From an uncultured cyanobacterium (lineage in GTDB: Bacteria; Cyanobacteriota; Cyanobacteriia; PCC-9006; JAAUQQ01), in NCBI GenBank assembly GCA_963718615.1, contig OY970368.1, positions 3,904,001 to 3,968,000 on the forward strand: a stretch of DNA of 64,000 bases, in the 5' to 3' direction. Below are positions 61,629 to 64,000 of this stretch, one piece after another. A program made the translations under genes and the position numbers. How positions within the stretch are numbered: position 1 is the stretch's first letter; each line of letters opens with the position of its first letter. The notes beneath the pieces are model-generated. The model made no database searches, was not told the origin of the DNA, and saw only the letters and a list, made by a program, of their open reading frames with translations.

Positions 61629-62141
61629 TTAGGCGATCGCCAAATACTGCTCGTTCAAGCGTCCCACAAAGTCCTGCACCGTAGTACCTTCAAACAGCAG
61701 AATGGGCTCTTCCATCGCCAAGCCCAAGTCCTGCTGCAAATCCGCTTGCAGTTGCAGCTCCCAGTCAAACCAACAAACCAAGGGCAAATGCAAATCCTCT
61801 AGGAGGCGATCGCCCGGCACAATCCGCTCCCACCACAGACCCGAATAGTCCGTCAGGTGACCCTGGACAAACCGAACCACAGGCAGCGCTATGCCTTGGC
61901 GTCGCCAAAACTGTTCAAACCACGCTTCCGGGTGAAACGTAGGACGAGATTGCAGCAGCGTTCGGTTGATATGACTCCGGAGCTTAAAGTCCGGTCGCAT
62001 GTCACTGTAACTGCTAAGACTGAGCCAAGTTTGTTGAATAGACTGCAACATGCACCGCACTGAATAATCATGGGCGAGCCCAAGGGAAACCTTAGCCAAA
62101 TCGGAGAATGAATTCAAGGATTGGGATCTGGACTCCCGCAA
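61629..62141 (-). CDS. Cyanobacterial hypothetical protein (start uncertain)
   Basis: ORF abuts mnmH. SGL....I.PGDRL.EDL.LPLVCWFDW...TVQDFV pattern. Confidence 0.65.
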   Translation of the reverse strand: MRESRSQSLNSFSDLAKVSLGLAHDYSVRCMLQSIQQTWLSLSSYSDMRPDFKLRSHINRTLLQSRPTFHPEAWFEQFWRRQGIALPVVRFVQGHLTDYSGLWWERIVPGDRLLEDLHLPLVCWFDWELQLQADLQQDLGLAMEEPILLFEGTTVQDFVGRLNEQYLAIA

Positions 62142-62171
62142 TGGTCTCTAGGTCTATTATTCCCTGCTTTT

Positions 62172-63110
62172 TCAAGCGCCCTTAATAAATCGGACGAGAA
62201 TTTGAGCAAGTTGTACGAGTTGTTTGCGGTCTAGGGTTTCGATCAAATGTTTGGCGATCGCCGTTGGATCCTCCGGCAAAACAGCCTGGGCAGGGGTCGC
62301 CACTACAGTGGCCACAGGTACAGGTGCGGATGCAGGTGCGGATGCAGGTGCGGGGCTCGGTTCAGGCCCAGCTAGCTTGCTCAAGGTCGCCGAGGGCAGC
62401 ACAGAATGCCCCTTATTGGCCACAATGAGATCGCTCGCCTCCTTAATTTCCTTAATGATGACGGGAGCCAGTTCTCGATAGGATGCCGCTGGATTTTGAA
62501 TCGCACGCTGGGCCGTTTTTAACAGCAGTGGCCAAGCCTCGACCCCCGGATCAAGCTGGGCCAGTTGGGCGCAATATTGATGCAACTGCTCTCGTCCCTG
62601 GGTGCTATCCGGCTGTCGAAAAATTTGCAGCATCTGCTTAAGACAGGCGGTAACCTGGCTGGCAAAGCGCGGCGGAATCACGCCACTGCCTCCCCCAGCG
62701 AGCTGACGCAGATAGTCCTGGAGCTGAAGAAAGACCGGCTCTACTTCCTGCACCGTTTTTTGGGCTTCCTCCTCAGGCAACCCATTCGGCCCTTGCAGCT
62801 TTTCCACGAGCTCATGGAGCGTATCAAAACCCCGCAAAAACAGGGATTCCACCTGTTGATCAACCCGCACCGGGGCCTCTTGCAGCAGCTTGAAGCAATC
62901 TTCCAAACGATGGGCGACCTTATGAATACTGTTAAGGCTGAGCATGGCCGCATCCCCCTTAACCGAGTGGGCGGCTCGAAACAGCTCATTCACCTGTTCC
63001 GGATCTGCTAAGGCGGCTTGAAGATTGAGCAACCCTCGTTCAATCGTGTCTAGGTGCTCCCGCGCCCCTTCAATGAAAAACCCTAAAACTCGCTGTTTTT
63101 CGGCGTCCAC
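62172..63110 (-). CDS. Hpt-domain (CheA P1-like) phosphotransfer protein
   Basis: LFRAAHSVKGDAAML...AHRLED, with no kinase domain. Confidence 0.88.
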   Translation of the reverse strand: MDAEKQRVLGFFIEGAREHLDTIERGLLNLQAALADPEQVNELFRAAHSVKGDAAMLSLNSIHKVAHRLEDCFKLLQEAPVRVDQQVESLFLRGFDTLHELVEKLQGPNGLPEEEAQKTVQEVEPVFLQLQDYLRQLAGGGSGVIPPRFASQVTACLKQMLQIFRQPDSTQGREQLHQYCAQLAQLDPGVEAWPLLLKTAQRAIQNPAASYRELAPVIIKEIKEASDLIVANKGHSVLPSATLSKLAGPEPSPAPASAPASAPVPVATVVATPAQAVLPEDPTAIAKHLIETLDRKQLVQLAQILVRFIKGA

Positions 63111-63368
63111 GGCAGTTTTCCTCTATTGCTTGAAGGCAGGTCCGGAACTGCGATCTTAGCCTCACAATTCCACGTTGACCACTGGAAGAAAGATTACGAT
63201 TGGTTCAATTCATCCCGAAGCTTCGGGGTGAACGTTTATATTGTTCCCGAAGCCGCCGCTCGGAGAGACATCCGTGCTACACACTAGAGCCGCTGAACTC
63301 GCTTCCGTGCCACACTGGTACCTGATGAAGTTTGGGGTTACGAGCGGCATAGCGAGATTGTGGCGATC

Positions 63369-64000
63369 ATGAGCAAGATTTTAGTCGTTGACGATGACAT
63401 TACTTTACGGGCGGCGCTGTCGCGCTATCTCATGAATCGGCAGTTTGTCGTGTTTGACGCTGGTTCAGGGGAAGAAGGGCTGGAGCGTTTTCGCTCCTCT
63501 CCTCCGGACTTAGTGGTTTCTGACATCATCATGCCTGGTATGGACGGGTTTGAATTTTGTCGGCAGCTACGCTCGATCCAGGAAGGGCAGCTCGTACCGT
63601 TTATTTTTCTGTCCAGTCGAGGGGATATCGAAGACCGGATCCAAGGTCACTCCATTGGCGCAGATGATTATCTCATTAAGCCCTTTGAGCCCCGTGAGTT
63701 ATTGGCCAAGATTGAAGGGCAGTTGGAGCGATCGCGTCGGATTCACGCCGAAATGCAGCGGCTTTTGCAACAGACCCCTGTGGCAACCGCAAGCCCCACC
63801 CCACCCCCCAAACCCTTACCGCTGACCCCCGCCGAAGAGAAGGTGTTTTGGGAAGTGGTCCAAGGCTACACCAACCGTCAAATTGGCGAACGTCTCTTCA
63901 TTAGCCCGCGTACGGTTCAGACCCATCTCAGCAACATTCTCAGCAAGCTCAATTTGGACAACCGAGCCCAGCTCGTCCGCTATGCCTATGAACGGGGCTA
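63369..64000 (+). CDS. NarL/LuxR-family response regulator (3' end just beyond the window)
   Basis: MSKILVVDDD...SDIIMPGMDG...GADDYLIKPF...LTPAEEKV...TNRQIGERLFISPRTVQTHLSNILSKL. Absent from the ORF track because the stop is outside the window. Confidence 0.95.
   Translation, partial: MSKILVVDDDITLRAALSRYLMNRQFVVFDAGSGEEGLERFRSSPPDLVVSDIIMPGMDGFEFCRQLRSIQEGQLVPFIFLSSRGDIEDRIQGHSIGADDYLIKPFEPRELLAKIEGQLERSRRIHAEMQRLLQQTPVATASPTPPPKPLPLTPAEEKVFWEVVQGYTNRQIGERLFISPRTVQTHLSNILSKLNLDNRAQLVRYAYERG

Noticed and set aside
63550-63825. 91-aa ORF
   Set aside because: It is an out-of-frame shadow inside the response regulator that starts at 63369.
1-64000. Abundant GCGATCGC octamers
   Set aside because: This is the known cyanobacterial HIP1 sequence, used here only as a marker of native versus acquired DNA.

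Overview
This is a cyanobacterial chromosome window with dense HIP1 GCGATCGC octamers. Most of it is housekeeping: partial mutS, cysH, RluA-type pseudouridine synthase, rnc, rnpB, recQ, dusB, natFGH plus an ATPase, mazG, a sucC-like gene, a hik2-like kinase, clpC, rimI, lysA-cdaA-uppS, ugd/uxs, purN, mnmH/selU, an Hpt protein and a partial NarL-type regulator. Five Uma2-family genes are also present. The main accessory region is about 2.9-5.7 kb and reads as an integrase-less integron-like cassette array (CALIN). It has two AT-rich single-gene cassettes whose ends show reciprocal R''/R' complementarity and a textbook 88-bp attC site (3819-3906). It is headed by an unusual structure of five palindromic units at exact 41-bp spacing that ends in the GTT crossover of cassette 1. 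The last attC is broken by a structured non-coding segment that resembles an IS110-family left end (bridge-RNA candidate), followed by an IS5-family fragment. Smaller accessory pieces are a direct-repeat-bounded 1.6-kb segment with a decayed toxin-antitoxin pair (15.7-17.4 kb) and a two-gene insert with a PD-(D/E)XK-like protein (51.5-53.3 kb). All family calls come from motif recognition by eye; no database searches were run.
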